DNA of 64,000 nt from Vicinamibacterales bacterium (GTDB taxonomy: Bacteria; Acidobacteriota; Vicinamibacteria; Vicinamibacterales; UBA8438): positions 19,519 to 83,518 of the forward strand of contig CALLXD010000024.1 in assembly GCA_937766455.1 (NCBI GenBank), in the 5' to 3' direction. This document shows, piece after piece, positions 46,742-56,988 of this stretch. Position 1 is the first letter of the stretch. Every line of letters starts with the position of its first letter. The notes beneath the pieces were generated by a model. It saw nothing but the letters and a program-made list of their open reading frames with translations. It had not been told where the DNA came from and ran no database searches. The position numbers were made by a program, and so were the translations under genes.

Positions 46742-47971
46742 GTGATGAGAGGAGACTGCTTTCCGTCTGTCGTCGCCGGTGTCATGGCGCTGGCGTTGGG
46801 CGCATCGGCCGCGCACGGGCAGAGCGCTCCGTATCCCCACGCCGAGGAGCCGATCGGCACGGTCCGCGAGATCTACGACGGCGCGCTGTCTCCGGAGATG
46901 GCGGTCCGCACCTTTCGCAATATCGATCGCCTCTTTCCGTCGGCGACCATTCCGGGTTCTTCGAATCCGCTTCCGTTACCGGTCGCGGCGGCCGCCCTTC
47001 CGCCGATTCGCATCACGGACGATGGCCGCGAGTACAGCTTGGCTGAGTTTCAGGAACTGAATCGCGTGGCGGGGCTGCTCGTGTTGCATGACGGGTTCAT
47101 TAAGTTTGAGGACTACCGGTTTGGGACAACAGCGCAAACTCGCTGGATGTCGATGTCGGTCGCCAAGTCCGTGACGTCGACGCTCTTCGGGGCCGCGCTG
47201 AAAGAAGGGCTGATCGAGAGCCTCACCGATCGGGTCACGAGATATGTACCGGCTCTGAGGGGCAGCGCCTACGACGATGTGACGGTCCGTGACGTGCTGA
47301 TGATGGCGTCCGGAGTTCGGTGGTCCGAAACCTACACCGATCCGGCGTCGGACCGTCGACGCCTGCTCGAGGCCCAGATCGCACAAGAGCCCGGCGGGGC
47401 GCTTGCGATCATGGGTGGGTTGCCCCGTGCCGCCGATCCCGGCACCGTCAATACCTACAACACCGGCGAGACCCAGGTTGCGGCCGAAGTCCTGCGCAGC
47501 GCGCTGGGGCGACCCCTTGCCGAGTATCTGCACGATCGCATTTGGGAGCCCTTCGGTATGGAGGCGGACGCCACGTGGTGGCTGGAATCGCCTGGTGGTA
47601 CCGAGATTGGCGGAAGTGGCTTCGCCGCTACGTTGCGGGATTACGGTCGTCTCGGACTGTTCGTGCTCCAAGGAGGACGCATCGGTGGCACGTCGATTCT
47701 GCCAGACGGCTGGGTTGGCGAAGCGTCCACGCCCAAGATGCTGCGCGGCGGGGCACCGCTCGACTACGGTTATCTCTGGTGGCCGGGCACGTCTGCCGCG
47801 GCGCGACGGGATGGCGCGTTCATGGGCCGCGGTATTCACGGCCAGTACCTCTACATTAATCCGGCCACGAACGTCGTCGCCGTGGTGTGGAGCGCGCAGT
47901 CTCGGCCCACCGGCGACGGCGTTGTGAGTGAGTGGGCATTCTTCCAGGCCGTGAGTGAGGCCCTTGACTGA
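46742..47971 (+). CDS. Serine hydrolase (beta-lactamase class C / penicillin-binding-protein-like fold)
   Basis: 409-aa ORF with signal peptide. S-x-x-K motif in RWMSMSVAKSVTSTLFGAAL. Length is typical of the family. Confidence 0.75.
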   Translation: MMRGDCFPSVVAGVMALALGASAAHGQSAPYPHAEEPIGTVREIYDGALSPEMAVRTFRNIDRLFPSATIPGSSNPLPLPVAAAALPPIRITDDGREYSLAEFQELNRVAGLLVLHDGFIKFEDYRFGTTAQTRWMSMSVAKSVTSTLFGAALKEGLIESLTDRVTRYVPALRGSAYDDVTVRDVLMMASGVRWSETYTDPASDRRRLLEAQIAQEPGGALAIMGGLPRAADPGTVNTYNTGETQVAAEVLRSALGRPLAEYLHDRIWEPFGMEADATWWLESPGGTEIGGSGFAATLRDYGRLGLFVLQGGRIGGTSILPDGWVGEASTPKMLRGGAPLDYGYLWWPGTSAAARRDGAFMGRGIHGQYLYINPATNVVAVVWSAQSRPTGDGVVSEWAFFQAVSEALD

Positions 47972-47976
47972 CGTAC

Positions 47977-48008
47977 GGCGTCTCATCAGAAAGAGACGTT
48001 ATTTGTGA
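47977..48008 (+). terminator. Weak candidate intrinsic terminator
   Basis: The short stem CGTCTC ... GAGACG (47979-47984 / 47993-47998) is followed by the T-rich TTATTTGTG in a locally AT-rich stretch upstream of ftsH. The stem is short, hence the low confidence. Confidence 0.3.
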
Positions 48009-48058
48009 GTATTGAGGAATAATAGAGTGGACGTGATCATGCCTCTGGGAGACCGCTC

Positions 48059-49972
48059 GTGAACTCGATAATGCGCCGCCGCCTGTTCTGGCTGCTGCTT
48101 CTGATGGCGGTGGTGCTGATCGGCAGCGCTTCGTCTCAGTTCGGCGCTGGAGAATCCCCCCTCAGCTTCAGTGAATTTATCCGATTGGTGGATACCGGTC
48201 AGGTCGACCGCGTGGTGATTACCGGCAACGAAATCGTCGGCACCTCCCTGAGCGGCGAGCCATTTCGGACTTATGCGCCGGAGCAATACGAAGGCCTCGC
48301 CAATCGGCTGATCGAGCGAGATGTCGTCATCCAAGCCAAATCGGCCGCGCCCAGCACCCTGTTGACCTTCCTGTACGGATGGGCGCCGATGTTGCTGATT
48401 GTCGGCTTCTTCCTGTTCTACATGCGTCAAGCGCAGAGTGGCGGCAACACGGCGATGTCATTTGGGAAGAGCCGCGCCAAGCAGTCGCCGACGACACAGA
48501 AAAAAGTGACGTTCAAGGACGTCGCCGGCGTGAACGAGGCAAAAGAAGAACTCCAGGAGATTATCGATTTTCTGAGGGAGCCGCAGAAGTATCAAAAGTT
48601 GGGTGGACGTATCCCCAAGGGCGTGCTCTTGACCGGGCCTCCAGGGACCGGTAAGACGCTGCTCGCGCGCGCTGTCGCCGGTGAGGCCAGCGTGCCGTTC
48701 TTCTCCATCAGCGGTTCCGACTTTGTGGAGATGTTCGTCGGTGTTGGCGCATCCAGGGTCCGGGATCTGTTCGAACAGGGCAAGAAGAACGCGCCGTGCA
48801 TCGTGTTTATCGACGAAATCGACGCGGTTGGTCGGCATCGTGGGGCCGGTCTGGGTGGCGGTCACGACGAGCGCGAGCAGACGCTGAATCAGTTACTGGT
48901 TGAGATGGACGGGTTCGAGGCGAACGAAGGGGTCATTTTAGTCGCGGCCACCAACCGCCCCGACGTGTTGGACCCAGCCTTGCTGCGCCCGGGGCGCTTC
49001 GATCGGCGCATTGCGGTCGACCGACCGGATGCTCTGGGTCGCGAAGGGATCCTCGAGGTCCACACGCGCAAGATTCCGCTCGCGGATGACGCGGACCTAC
49101 GGGTGCTGGCCCGGGGCACGGTCGGTTTCGTCGGCGCGGATCTGGCCAATCTCATCAACGAGGCGGCCTTGCACGCCGCGCGCTACAACCAGAAGACCGT
49201 GCAGATGCAGGACCTCGAATTCGCCAAGGATAAGGTGATGATGGGATCCGAGCGCCGGTCGCTGGTGCTCAGCGACGAGGAGAAGAAGGTGACGGCGATC
49301 CACGAGGCCGGCCACGCCCTGCTGGGCTCTGTGCTGGAGCACGCCGACCCCATCCACAAAGTCACGATTATTCCCCGAGGTCAGGCGCTCGGGGTGACTC
49401 AGCAGTTGCCGGTGGAGGACAAGCACAACTATTCCGCTGAGCACTTGCACGACCGGGTGGCGGTGTTGCTTGGCGGCCGAATCGCCGAGGAACTGACCAA
49501 TATCGAGGTGACGACCGGTGCGGGCAACGACCTCGACCGGGTGACTGACTTGGCCCGCCGTATGGTCTGCGAGTGGGGCATGAGCGATGCCATTGGGCCG
49601 CTGACGTTCGGTCGGAAAGAGGAGCAGGTCTTCTTGGGCCGAGGCTTCGGTCAGCAAAAAGCCTACAGCGAGGACACCGCGAACACGATCGATCGGGAAA
49701 TCAAGCGCATCGTGACGGAAAATTACGATCGCGCGCGTGCCATCCTGACAGAGCAGCAGAGCGCGCTGCGCCAAATTGCCCAGGAGCTGCTGACGCGAGA
49801 AGTGCTGTCAGGCGCGCAGGTGCGGCAGATCATCGCGGGAGAGCCGCTGGCGGACCCGGTCGAGGCGGTGCCGGTCTTGGCGGATCCGCCTCCGCGTGAG
49901 GCGGAAGCTGAGGCCGAGGCCGAGCGGCCGCCGGTCGTGCCGTCGCTCGGCGGGCCGATCCCACAGGAATAG
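48059..49972 (+). CDS. ftsH: ATP-dependent zinc metalloprotease FtsH
   Basis: 637-aa ORF with two N-terminal TM segments. Walker A GPPGTGKT, Walker [32 protein letters not shown] and Zn motif HEAGHAL. Confidence 0.95.
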   Translation: MNSIMRRRLFWLLLLMAVVLIGSASSQFGAGESPLSFSEFIRLVDTGQVDRVVITGNEIVGTSLSGEPFRTYAPEQYEGLANRLIERDVVIQAKSAAPSTLLTFLYGWAPMLLIVGFFLFYMRQAQSGGNTAMSFGKSRAKQSPTTQKKVTFKDVAGVNEAKEELQEIIDFLREPQKYQKLGGRIPKGVLLTGPPGTGKTLLARAVAGEASVPFFSISGSDFVEMFVGVGASRVRDLFEQGKKNAPCIVFIDEIDAVGRHRGAGLGGGHDEREQTLNQLLVEMDGFEANEGVILVAATNRPDVLDPALLRPGRFDRRIAVDRPDALGREGILEVHTRKIPLADDADLRVLARGTVGFVGADLANLINEAALHAARYNQKTVQMQDLEFAKDKVMMGSERRSLVLSDEEKKVTAIHEAGHALLGSVLEHADPIHKVTIIPRGQALGVTQQLPVEDKHNYSAEHLHDRVAVLLGGRIAEELTNIEVTTGAGNDLDRVTDLARRMVCEWGMSDAIGPLTFGRKEEQVFLGRGFGQQKAYSEDTANTIDREIKRIVTENYDRARAILTEQQSALRQIAQELLTREVLSGAQVRQIIAGEPLADPVEAVPVLADPPPREAEAEAEAERPPVVPSLGGPIPQE

Positions 49973-50039
49973 GGCCTCACCTACGAGCCGCCCCGCCGCG
50001 GGCCTCACGGCGCGCCACGACCGACGTCACAGGGGACAT

Positions 50040-51284
50040 ATGACCAGACGGACCGTCGCTCAGGTCGCAGCGCTCGGCCTGGGAATCGTGTTGGTCACGA
50101 CCACCGCGTCCTCTCAGACCTCGCAGCCAGTCACGAGCGGGCCCGCACTCGACGGGTCCCCGGGCTGGTTTCTACAAGGATCATTCCCCGACCCAGGTGG
50201 GCGCACGCGCGTGGACCCGGACGGGCGAGTCACCATCGTGCCTCGGGATGAGGCGGGCGGCTATCGCACCAGCACGGGCGAGATCCCGCGGTGTCGTCGC
50301 TCGCCGGTCTGTGGGAATGATGTGGGCCGCCGTCGTCAGACACTCGAACGTGTCCAGTGGGAGCAAACCCTGGGGTACACGTTTACCTACCTTGATGTGT
50401 TGCCCGCCGGCCTCGGGGGTGTCCCTGCGGTGGGGCTCGATTCGGCCGAGAATCTCTGGGTGTTTCAGCGTGCGGAGGTCGGCCAGCCGCAGCTCTTGAA
50501 ATTTGATCCGAACCACCGGCTGCTGGTGCAGGTCGAGCCGGAGGTGATCGGCTACCAGGACAAGGCTCACGGCATGGCGGTGGACGCCGACGACAATGTC
50601 TGGATCACCGCCACCAATGGCGCGACGGTGATGAAACTGAGCCCTGAGGGAGAGCTACTGCTGACGATCGGAGAACGAGGGCGGCGGGGCGATTGGGATG
50701 AAGCGCGCGGCCAGCGACTGCTCTGGCAACCCGTCATGGTCGCCTTCGGTCCCACGGGCGACGTCTATATTGCCCAAGGACACGGGAACGAAAGCCCGAA
50801 TGACACCGGCTCGGATGACCCATCCAACAATATCGGCGCCGCCAGGATTCTGCGTCTCGACAAGGACGGCAATTTCATTCAGCAATGGTTCGGGAACGAG
50901 GCTGGGCCAGGGAAGTTCAACTCGGCGCACGGGCTTGCCGTCGATCCAATGAACGGTGACGTCTGGATCGGCGACCGTGAGGATTATCGGATCGTCGTCT
51001 ATGCCGGTGACGGGACGTTTCGCAAGACGCTCCCGATGCGCAATCTTCCGTGCGCGCTGTACTTCGACTCGCATGGCAGACCCTGGATGGCGAGCGGGCA
51101 GGACGGTCAGTTTCTGCAACTCGATCGGAACGGGAAGGTGCTCGGCGCGATCGGCAACGGGATGGGCATCGGAGAGGGGCAGTTCATCGAAGCGAGCTAC
51201 TGGGTCATGGACCGACAGGACAATCTGTACGCCGGTGACACGGCGGTCGGTCGCATTACCAAAATGGTCGCCCCCACACGATAG
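50040..51284 (+). CDS. NHL-repeat six-bladed beta-propeller protein, secreted
   Basis: ATG at 50040 with signal peptide. Repeated NHL-like units (AHGMAVDADDNVWIT, GPTGDVYIAQGHG, FNSAHGLAVDPMNGDVWIGDREDYRIVVY, DNLYAGD). Confidence 0.7.
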   Translation: MTRRTVAQVAALGLGIVLVTTTASSQTSQPVTSGPALDGSPGWFLQGSFPDPGGRTRVDPDGRVTIVPRDEAGGYRTSTGEIPRCRRSPVCGNDVGRRRQTLERVQWEQTLGYTFTYLDVLPAGLGGVPAVGLDSAENLWVFQRAEVGQPQLLKFDPNHRLLVQVEPEVIGYQDKAHGMAVDADDNVWITATNGATVMKLSPEGELLLTIGERGRRGDWDEARGQRLLWQPVMVAFGPTGDVYIAQGHGNESPNDTGSDDPSNNIGAARILRLDKDGNFIQQWFGNEAGPGKFNSAHGLAVDPMNGDVWIGDREDYRIVVYAGDGTFRKTLPMRNLPCALYFDSHGRPWMASGQDGQFLQLDRNGKVLGAIGNGMGIGEGQFIEASYWVMDRQDNLYAGDTAVGRITKMVAPTR

Positions 51285-51319
51285 CCATTCCACGCCCCGC
51301 CGCCCCGCGCCACGGGCGG

Positions 51320-52576
51320 CTACGTGAACATACCCAGCGTCTGGAACTTGCTTCCGAGTATGTCCTCGGACTGCTTGTGACCCAGGAACTCCTCGATGAG
51401 CGTGGCGTAGACACGGCGGAAGTCCGTCGTGTGCTGCAAGTTGTCGCCGTGTACCAGCTCGGTCAGGCTGGGCGGGGTGCTGTACTGACCACCGGTCACT
51501 CCGCCACCAAGGACGAATGAGACGTTGGCGGTGCCGTGGTCGGTCCCGAGGCCTGTGTTCTCCGGCACGCGTCTTCCGAACTCGCTATGGACCAGAATCG
51601 CGACCTCGTCTTCCTTGCCGAGACGTTTCATCTCCTCAAAGAAGCCCCACACGGCGTCTGAGCAGTACTGGACCTGCCGATTGTGTGGGCTCTCCTGGTT
51701 CACATGCGTGTCGAACAGGCTGTTTCTGAGCCGCACATAGTAGAGCCGCGCGGGGAAGTCGTTCTCGATCAACGCCACGACTTTGTCGAGGTCCAGCAGT
51801 CGCAGGTCTGGATTGCGGGTCTCGTTGTAATTGCTCCATGCCTGACGGACCAGCGCCGAGGCCTCACGGGCGCCCTGGTTCACGTCCAGCAGGAACTTGT
51901 GCGCGTCACTTCTGGGCGCCTGCCCGTTGCCCAACTGCTCGATGCCCGCGCGTTGTGGGCTGAGCAGGTCCCGACCAAAGGCGTTCGGGTCATTGAAGAC
52001 GACCGGGACATGGTCGCGGGCGCGCACGGACAAGGTCTGGGCGTCGGCGATATTCACCAGGTAATTCGATGTGCCTGACGGGTCGAGCGCGTCCGCCGTG
52101 CGCCCATACCAGCCATACGGCTCGCCGCTGTTGGGGGCGCCGGTGTGCCAGTAGGAGCTTGAGGCGAAGTGGGAAAATGATGGTTGATCGTAGCCGGCGC
52201 CGTGAATCACGGCGAGCTTGCCCTCGTCCCACATGCGGTGCATGCCGACCATCGAGCGCTGGAAACCGAAGTGCTCGTCGACCTTGATGACATCGGACTC
52301 GCGGACGCCAATGTTGGGCCGTTGTTGGTACAGCGCGTCGTCGCCGTACGGGACGAACGTGCTCAGGCCATCGTAGCCACCAAACCATTCGAAGACGACC
52401 AGAATCTTGCCCTCGGTGGCGGCGAGCGCTTCGGACGCCGCCCCGAACAACGGGGGCAACGGTCCCAGGCCGCCAAGCATGCCGAGCCCGAGGCCGCGGG
52501 CGCCGATCTTGAGCGCTTGACGGCGTGACACGCCGCTCAGGTCACACAGCTTCTTCCGTCGGTCTGTCATGGTCAT
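51320..52576 (-). CDS. DUF1501 domain protein (sulfatase/alkaline-phosphatase-like fold, TAT signal)
   Basis: 418-aa ORF. Leader SRRQALKIGARGLGLG. Contains FEWFGGYDGLS..VP, HGAGYDQPSFSHF, SEFGRR..EN...GTDHG and other family-typical segments. Confidence 0.85.
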   Translation of the reverse strand: MTMTDRRKKLCDLSGVSRRQALKIGARGLGLGMLGGLGPLPPLFGAASEALAATEGKILVVFEWFGGYDGLSTFVPYGDDALYQQRPNIGVRESDVIKVDEHFGFQRSMVGMHRMWDEGKLAVIHGAGYDQPSFSHFASSSYWHTGAPNSGEPYGWYGRTADALDPSGTSNYLVNIADAQTLSVRARDHVPVVFNDPNAFGRDLLSPQRAGIEQLGNGQAPRSDAHKFLLDVNQGAREASALVRQAWSNYNETRNPDLRLLDLDKVVALIENDFPARLYYVRLRNSLFDTHVNQESPHNRQVQYCSDAVWGFFEEMKRLGKEDEVAILVHSEFGRRVPENTGLGTDHGTANVSFVLGGGVTGGQYSTPPSLTELVHGDNLQHTTDFRRVYATLIEEFLGHKQSEDILGSKFQTLGMFT

Positions 52577-52615
52577 GTCCTTTCGGACGGGGTGTCGCCC
52601 CGAGCCGCATGTCGA

Positions 52616-54475
52616 CTAATTAATCTGATATTCGGGTGTGCTCATGATGAGGTGCGTCACCATGCGCAGTGGATCTTCCAAATAGGTCTGCGCGCGAGCC
52701 AGGTCCGTGGTGCCAAGCTCGTCGCCCAGCATCTCGATGAGCGCATTCCGCATGTCGGCCGAGACAGGCAGCCGGAGGAACCGCTCCAGCAAGGCATCGA
52801 CAGCCTCCGTCGTGGTCGTCGCGCCGGATGCCAGCACGAGAGACGCCACGTCGACCCTGGCCGCGCCTCGCGGGGTTGGGATCAACTTGCGCATGGCGTG
52901 GGCCCACGCCTGATAACCAGATACCCGGGTATTGAACAGTTCGTCACGTTCCTGGTTGGCCATGTCGAACGCCGTCATCATGTTCGGGTTGTCGTCCGGA
53001 TCATCGACCAGCGCAATGGCGGCGCTGAAGTCGAGACCGCGTCGCAGGCGCTCGCCGACCACGCCGTCTCCGCTGCGGGGGAGGAAGTTGGGATCGTTGA
53101 AATCGATGACATTCGGGAACAAGTAGTCAAAGGCGACGTTGCCCCGCTCCTGAAGCAGCGCCGGCGTAATCCACGAACGGCCCTGCGCCCACCCGGCCAC
53201 CGATGGCGGATTCAGCAGATGCTGGCCCAACGCGATCGTCGTCCGGTTGAAATCAGGGACACCGGGCACGTCCGCGGCCCCCAGTTGCTTCAGCATCGTG
53301 ACCACGTGCTCGACGGGGCCCTTGATGTGGGAGGCATGGCTGGCCTCGCTGTAGAAGTCGCGCGACAAGAAAATCGTCGCCAGCAGCGGGCGCAGCTCGT
53401 AGTCGTTGTCCCGCAACACCGCACCGAGTTTGGCGGACAGGGCGGGTGACACCTCGTCGCGCACGAAGAAGCGGTAGATCTTGGAGCCGATGTACTCAGC
53501 CGTGACCGGCTGCTCGAGGATGATCTTGAGCACGTCCACGCCGTCAAAGTTGCCGGTGCGGCCGAGGAAGGTCTTCGGATCGTCATCGTGATGCACGGTG
53601 TTGACGACAAAGTCCAGATTCTCGAAATTCCATCCCGTGAACGCGCGGGCACCCTCGCGCACATCCTTTTCCGTGTAGTTGCCGACGCCCATCGTGAAGA
53701 GTTCCATCACCTCGCGCGCGAAGTTCTCGTTGGCGGCCCCCTTCACGTTCACGCCCGCATCGAGGTAGTACAGCATCGCCGGATCCTGGGCGACGGCGAT
53801 GGCCAACTCGCCGAAATTACCGGTGGCGTGCCGCTCAAATAGCTCGATTTGCCCGATCATCTTGCGATAGTCGCGAACCTTGTTCTGGGCGGTGGCGAAG
53901 TGACCGTGCCAGAAGAGCGCCATCTTCTCCTCAAGCGGCTGATCGGTGTCGAGCATGCGCTCGGCCCACCAGTAGCCGACCCGGCGAGTCTCGAGCTGGG
54001 TCGCGCGCAGCCAGTAGAAGAATCGGTCGGAGATGGGCTGCATGTGACGGTTGACACCCTCCGGTTTGACCCGGATGCCCATACTCTCGCCATTTCTCAT
54101 GGCGAGTTCGGTCGCGGCCGGCCGACTCGGAGGGAAATGCGTGAGGGTAGGGTCCCAGAACCCGGAATGCTCAAACGCGGGCAGGCGGTCATTCGGTATC
54201 TTCTCGTAATAGACGAGAGACCGGACTGCCTCCTCAGGCGACATATTCGCCAATGTTTGGATATCTTCCGGGCTGCCGCTGAAGCCGGCGCGGTCAAGCA
54301 GGTGTTCGGCGCTCTCGTAGGTCCAATCCGCCCCGGTGACGGGTGTCAGGTCGTCTATCCAGGACGCGGGCCCTGGCTCTGCCGCGATCAGGCGGGTATC
54401 CCCGGCGTGCCCGGCCATCACGAACGCCAGCGCAGCGCCGGTGAGTGCCAGATGCCGGCGGAATCGAGTTGTCAT
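52616..54475 (-). CDS. DUF1800 domain protein
   Basis: 619-aa ORF immediately upstream of DUF1501 on the same strand, which is the canonical pairing. Contains LFWHGHFAT, REVMELFTMGVGNYTE.DV.E.ARAFTGW and PPSVAGW. Confidence 0.85.
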   Translation of the reverse strand: MTTRFRRHLALTGAALAFVMAGHAGDTRLIAAEPGPASWIDDLTPVTGADWTYESAEHLLDRAGFSGSPEDIQTLANMSPEEAVRSLVYYEKIPNDRLPAFEHSGFWDPTLTHFPPSRPAATELAMRNGESMGIRVKPEGVNRHMQPISDRFFYWLRATQLETRRVGYWWAERMLDTDQPLEEKMALFWHGHFATAQNKVRDYRKMIGQIELFERHATGNFGELAIAVAQDPAMLYYLDAGVNVKGAANENFAREVMELFTMGVGNYTEKDVREGARAFTGWNFENLDFVVNTVHHDDDPKTFLGRTGNFDGVDVLKIILEQPVTAEYIGSKIYRFFVRDEVSPALSAKLGAVLRDNDYELRPLLATIFLSRDFYSEASHASHIKGPVEHVVTMLKQLGAADVPGVPDFNRTTIALGQHLLNPPSVAGWAQGRSWITPALLQERGNVAFDYLFPNVIDFNDPNFLPRSGDGVVGERLRRGLDFSAAIALVDDPDDNPNMMTAFDMANQERDELFNTRVSGYQAWAHAMRKLIPTPRGAARVDVASLVLASGATTTTEAVDALLERFLRLPVSADMRNALIEMLGDELGTTDLARAQTYLEDPLRMVTHLIMSTPEYQIN

Positions 54476-54632
54476 GGGTCAGTCCCCTCATTTGCCGCGG
54501 CTGGGACCTGTGGCCAGGGCCAGCCATTACCGAGCTGTCCACGGTGGAGCTCAGAAACCCCACCGTTATACACCGAACCCCGACCGAGGACCACGAGGTT
54601 TCTTGGTCGGGGTGACGGTGGACCAAGGTCCA

Positions 54633-55661
54633 ATGAAACTCCTGCGCGAAAAGGACTACAGCGGCCTGATGAAGATGACTATCACGGCGGCAGGCATGGC
54701 GGTTGCGCTCTTGGGATCGTCCGCGGCGTTCGCTGGCCAGGAGTATGAGCCTCCGCGCACCGCCTCCGGCCATCCGGATCTGCAGGGTGTGTGGAAGTTT
54801 TCGTCGAACGTGCCGATGCAGCGACCGGAGCGTTTCGGTGATCGTGAGTTCATGACCGCGGAGGAAGTCGCACAGATGCGCGCCCGGTTGGCGGCGGCGG
54901 ATGCGGCCTCGGACCAGGCCGTGCCCCAACGGGACGGGGGCCCCGGCGGATACAACGACTTCTGGGTCGAGAGTGCCGGTCTGACCGACCAGATCCGCAC
55001 GTCACACATCGTCTACCCTGCGACAGGTCGGCTGCCCGCGACGTTGGACGGGGTGCCGACCATCGCGGGTGGATTGGGAGACGATGTGCCAGGTGCCCGA
55101 CCCGTGCGGTTTGTGGTCGGCGGTATCGCCAAGAACGGGCCTGAGGACCGAGGGTTGTCGGAGCGCTGCATCGTGGGCTTCAATTCGGGCCCACCCTTTG
55201 TGCCCAGTCTGTATAACGACAATGTGCAGATCGTCCACAACGACGATCACGCGGTGATCATGACGGAGATGATTCACGACACACGCGTCGTGTCACTGGG
55301 CGAACGGCCGGCGCTGAGCGAGGCGATCGAGCTCTGGTCAGGGGCACCCCGAGGATACTGGGACGGAGATACCCTCGTAGTGCAGACACGAAATTTCAAT
55401 GGTCTGACGCAGAGTTTCGGCCCGTTCGGCACCTCCAAAGAGAAGGTCTTGACCGAGCGGTTCAGTCGCGTGGGTCCACACACGGTGAACTACGAGTGGA
55501 CCATTGAGGACCCTGCCACCTTTGCCGACAAGATCACGGCGATTGTGCCGATGACAAAAGTTGACGGCGAACTCTACGAGTACGCGTGCCATGAAGGCAA
55601 CTACGGGATGGAGAACATCCTACGTGGGGCACGCAGCGAGGAAGCAGGCACTGAGCAATAG
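54633..55661 (+). CDS. Secreted protein of the PDLQG/ACHEGN family (paralog 5 of 5)
   Basis: Start at 54633 or 54669; signal peptide present. Motifs GHPDLQGVWKF, GGYNDFW, TSHIVYPATGRLP, SERC, YNDNVQ, TRVVSLG, WDGDTLVVQTRNF and YEYACHEGNYG. Confidence 0.8.
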   Translation: MKLLREKDYSGLMKMTITAAGMAVALLGSSAAFAGQEYEPPRTASGHPDLQGVWKFSSNVPMQRPERFGDREFMTAEEVAQMRARLAAADAASDQAVPQRDGGPGGYNDFWVESAGLTDQIRTSHIVYPATGRLPATLDGVPTIAGGLGDDVPGARPVRFVVGGIAKNGPEDRGLSERCIVGFNSGPPFVPSLYNDNVQIVHNDDHAVIMTEMIHDTRVVSLGERPALSEAIELWSGAPRGYWDGDTLVVQTRNFNGLTQSFGPFGTSKEKVLTERFSRVGPHTVNYEWTIEDPATFADKITAIVPMTKVDGELYEYACHEGNYGMENILRGARSEEAGTEQ

Positions 55662-55725
55662 ACGCAATAGCGCAATAGCGGGGCCACCTGCGAGCCGCGC
55701 CCGGCGTGCGCGACCGTCCCGCCGC

Positions 55726-56988
55726 TTACAGGCGCGGCAGGTCGCGGAAAAACGCGCGCACATCGTCGATGTACAACTGGGGTTCTTCGAGTGCCGCGAA
55801 GTGCCCGCCGCGGGGCATTTCCGTCCAACGGACGATGTTGAAACGGGCTTCGGCCCAGGCGCGCGGCGGCAGTGCAATCTCGTTCGGGAAGAGCGCGGCC
55901 CCGGTCGGCACGTCGATATACCCGGCTGGACCGCTGGACGTGTGTCGCGATTCGAAATAAATCCGCGATGCCGACGTCGCGGTCTGCGTCACCCAGTAGA
56001 GAGTGATGTTGGCGAGTAGCTCGTCCTTGGTGAATTTCTCCTCATGCCCACCAGGGCAGTCGCACAGCACGTGTACCTTGTCCATGATCCAGGCGGCCTG
56101 GCCAGCGGGCGAGTCGTTGAGCGCGTAGCCCAGCGTCTGCGGTTTCGTGCCCTGGATGTCGCTGTATCCCCGTTCTGGTCCCCAGAATGCCTGCCGCTCG
56201 CGCATGCGCTCCAGTTCCGCAGCCGGGACGCCAGCTTCGGGATCCTCGACGCCGGGCGGCGGTCCTGCGGTCACGAGGTTGAGATGCAAGCCAATGACCC
56301 GGTCCGGGTGCTCGGAGGCCACCCGTCTCGTGATGGCGCTCCCCCAATCCCCTCCCTGAGCGCCGTAGCGTTCGTAGCCAAGCCGGTCCATCAGCTTCGC
56401 GAAGATGTCTCCCATCTGCGCCGGCCCGTATCCCCGCGTGCTCGGCCTCTCCGAGAAGCCGAAGCCGGGAATGGATGGGACGACGACATGGAAGGCGTCT
56501 TCGGCATTCCCGCCGTAGGCTTCGGGGTCGGTGAGCGGCCCGATGACTTTCATGAATTCAAGGAACGAACCAGGCCACCCGTGCGAGATAAGCAGAGGTG
56601 TGGCGTCCTCGACGGGCGATCGCTGGTGTATGAAGTGGATGTCGAGATCGTCGATCGTCGTCGTGAAGTGGTCGAACGCGTTGATCTGCCGCTCCTGCTC
56701 ACGCCAGTCGAATTCATCGGTCCAGTAGGCGACCAGCTCCCGCTGGTAGGCGAGGTTGGTGCCGTAGTCCCAGTTCGAGCCCTGTATCTCGTCAGGAAAT
56801 CGTGTCCGCTGAAGCCGCGTCTGCAAATCGTCCAGGACCGGCTGCGGGATCTGCACGGTAAACGGGCGAATCGCCAACGGGTCGGTCGAGTCCACGTCGG
56901 TCGGTGTCGAGACGGGCGACGGGCTGTCGCTACCGCTGCACCCGATGCCGACGAGCAGCAGCAGAGTGGGTACGAGTCGAGTCGTCAT
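55726..56988 (-). CDS. Epoxide hydrolase (EH N-terminal domain + alpha/beta hydrolase), lipoprotein-like leader
   Basis: Start taken at MTTRLVPTLLLLVGIGCSG (56988). Contains RPFTVQIPQPVLDDLQTRL..TRFP, IHFIH.RS, HGWPGSFLEF and GGDWGS. Confidence 0.85.
   Translation of the reverse strand: MTTRLVPTLLLLVGIGCSGSDSPSPVSTPTDVDSTDPLAIRPFTVQIPQPVLDDLQTRLQRTRFPDEIQGSNWDYGTNLAYQRELVAYWTDEFDWREQERQINAFDHFTTTIDDLDIHFIHQRSPVEDATPLLISHGWPGSFLEFMKVIGPLTDPEAYGGNAEDAFHVVVPSIPGFGFSERPSTRGYGPAQMGDIFAKLMDRLGYERYGAQGGDWGSAITRRVASEHPDRVIGLHLNLVTAGPPPGVEDPEAGVPAAELERMRERQAFWGPERGYSDIQGTKPQTLGYALNDSPAGQAAWIMDKVHVLCDCPGGHEEKFTKDELLANITLYWVTQTATSASRIYFESRHTSSGPAGYIDVPTGAALFPNEIALPPRAWAEARFNIVRWTEMPRGGHFAALEEPQLYIDDVRAFFRDLPRL

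Noticed and set aside
49890-49930. Short GAGGC(C/G)-type periodicity at the 3' end of ftsH
   Set aside because: It encodes a low-complexity EAEAEAEAE tail within the ftsH ORF. It is not a CRISPR array or a non-coding repeat.
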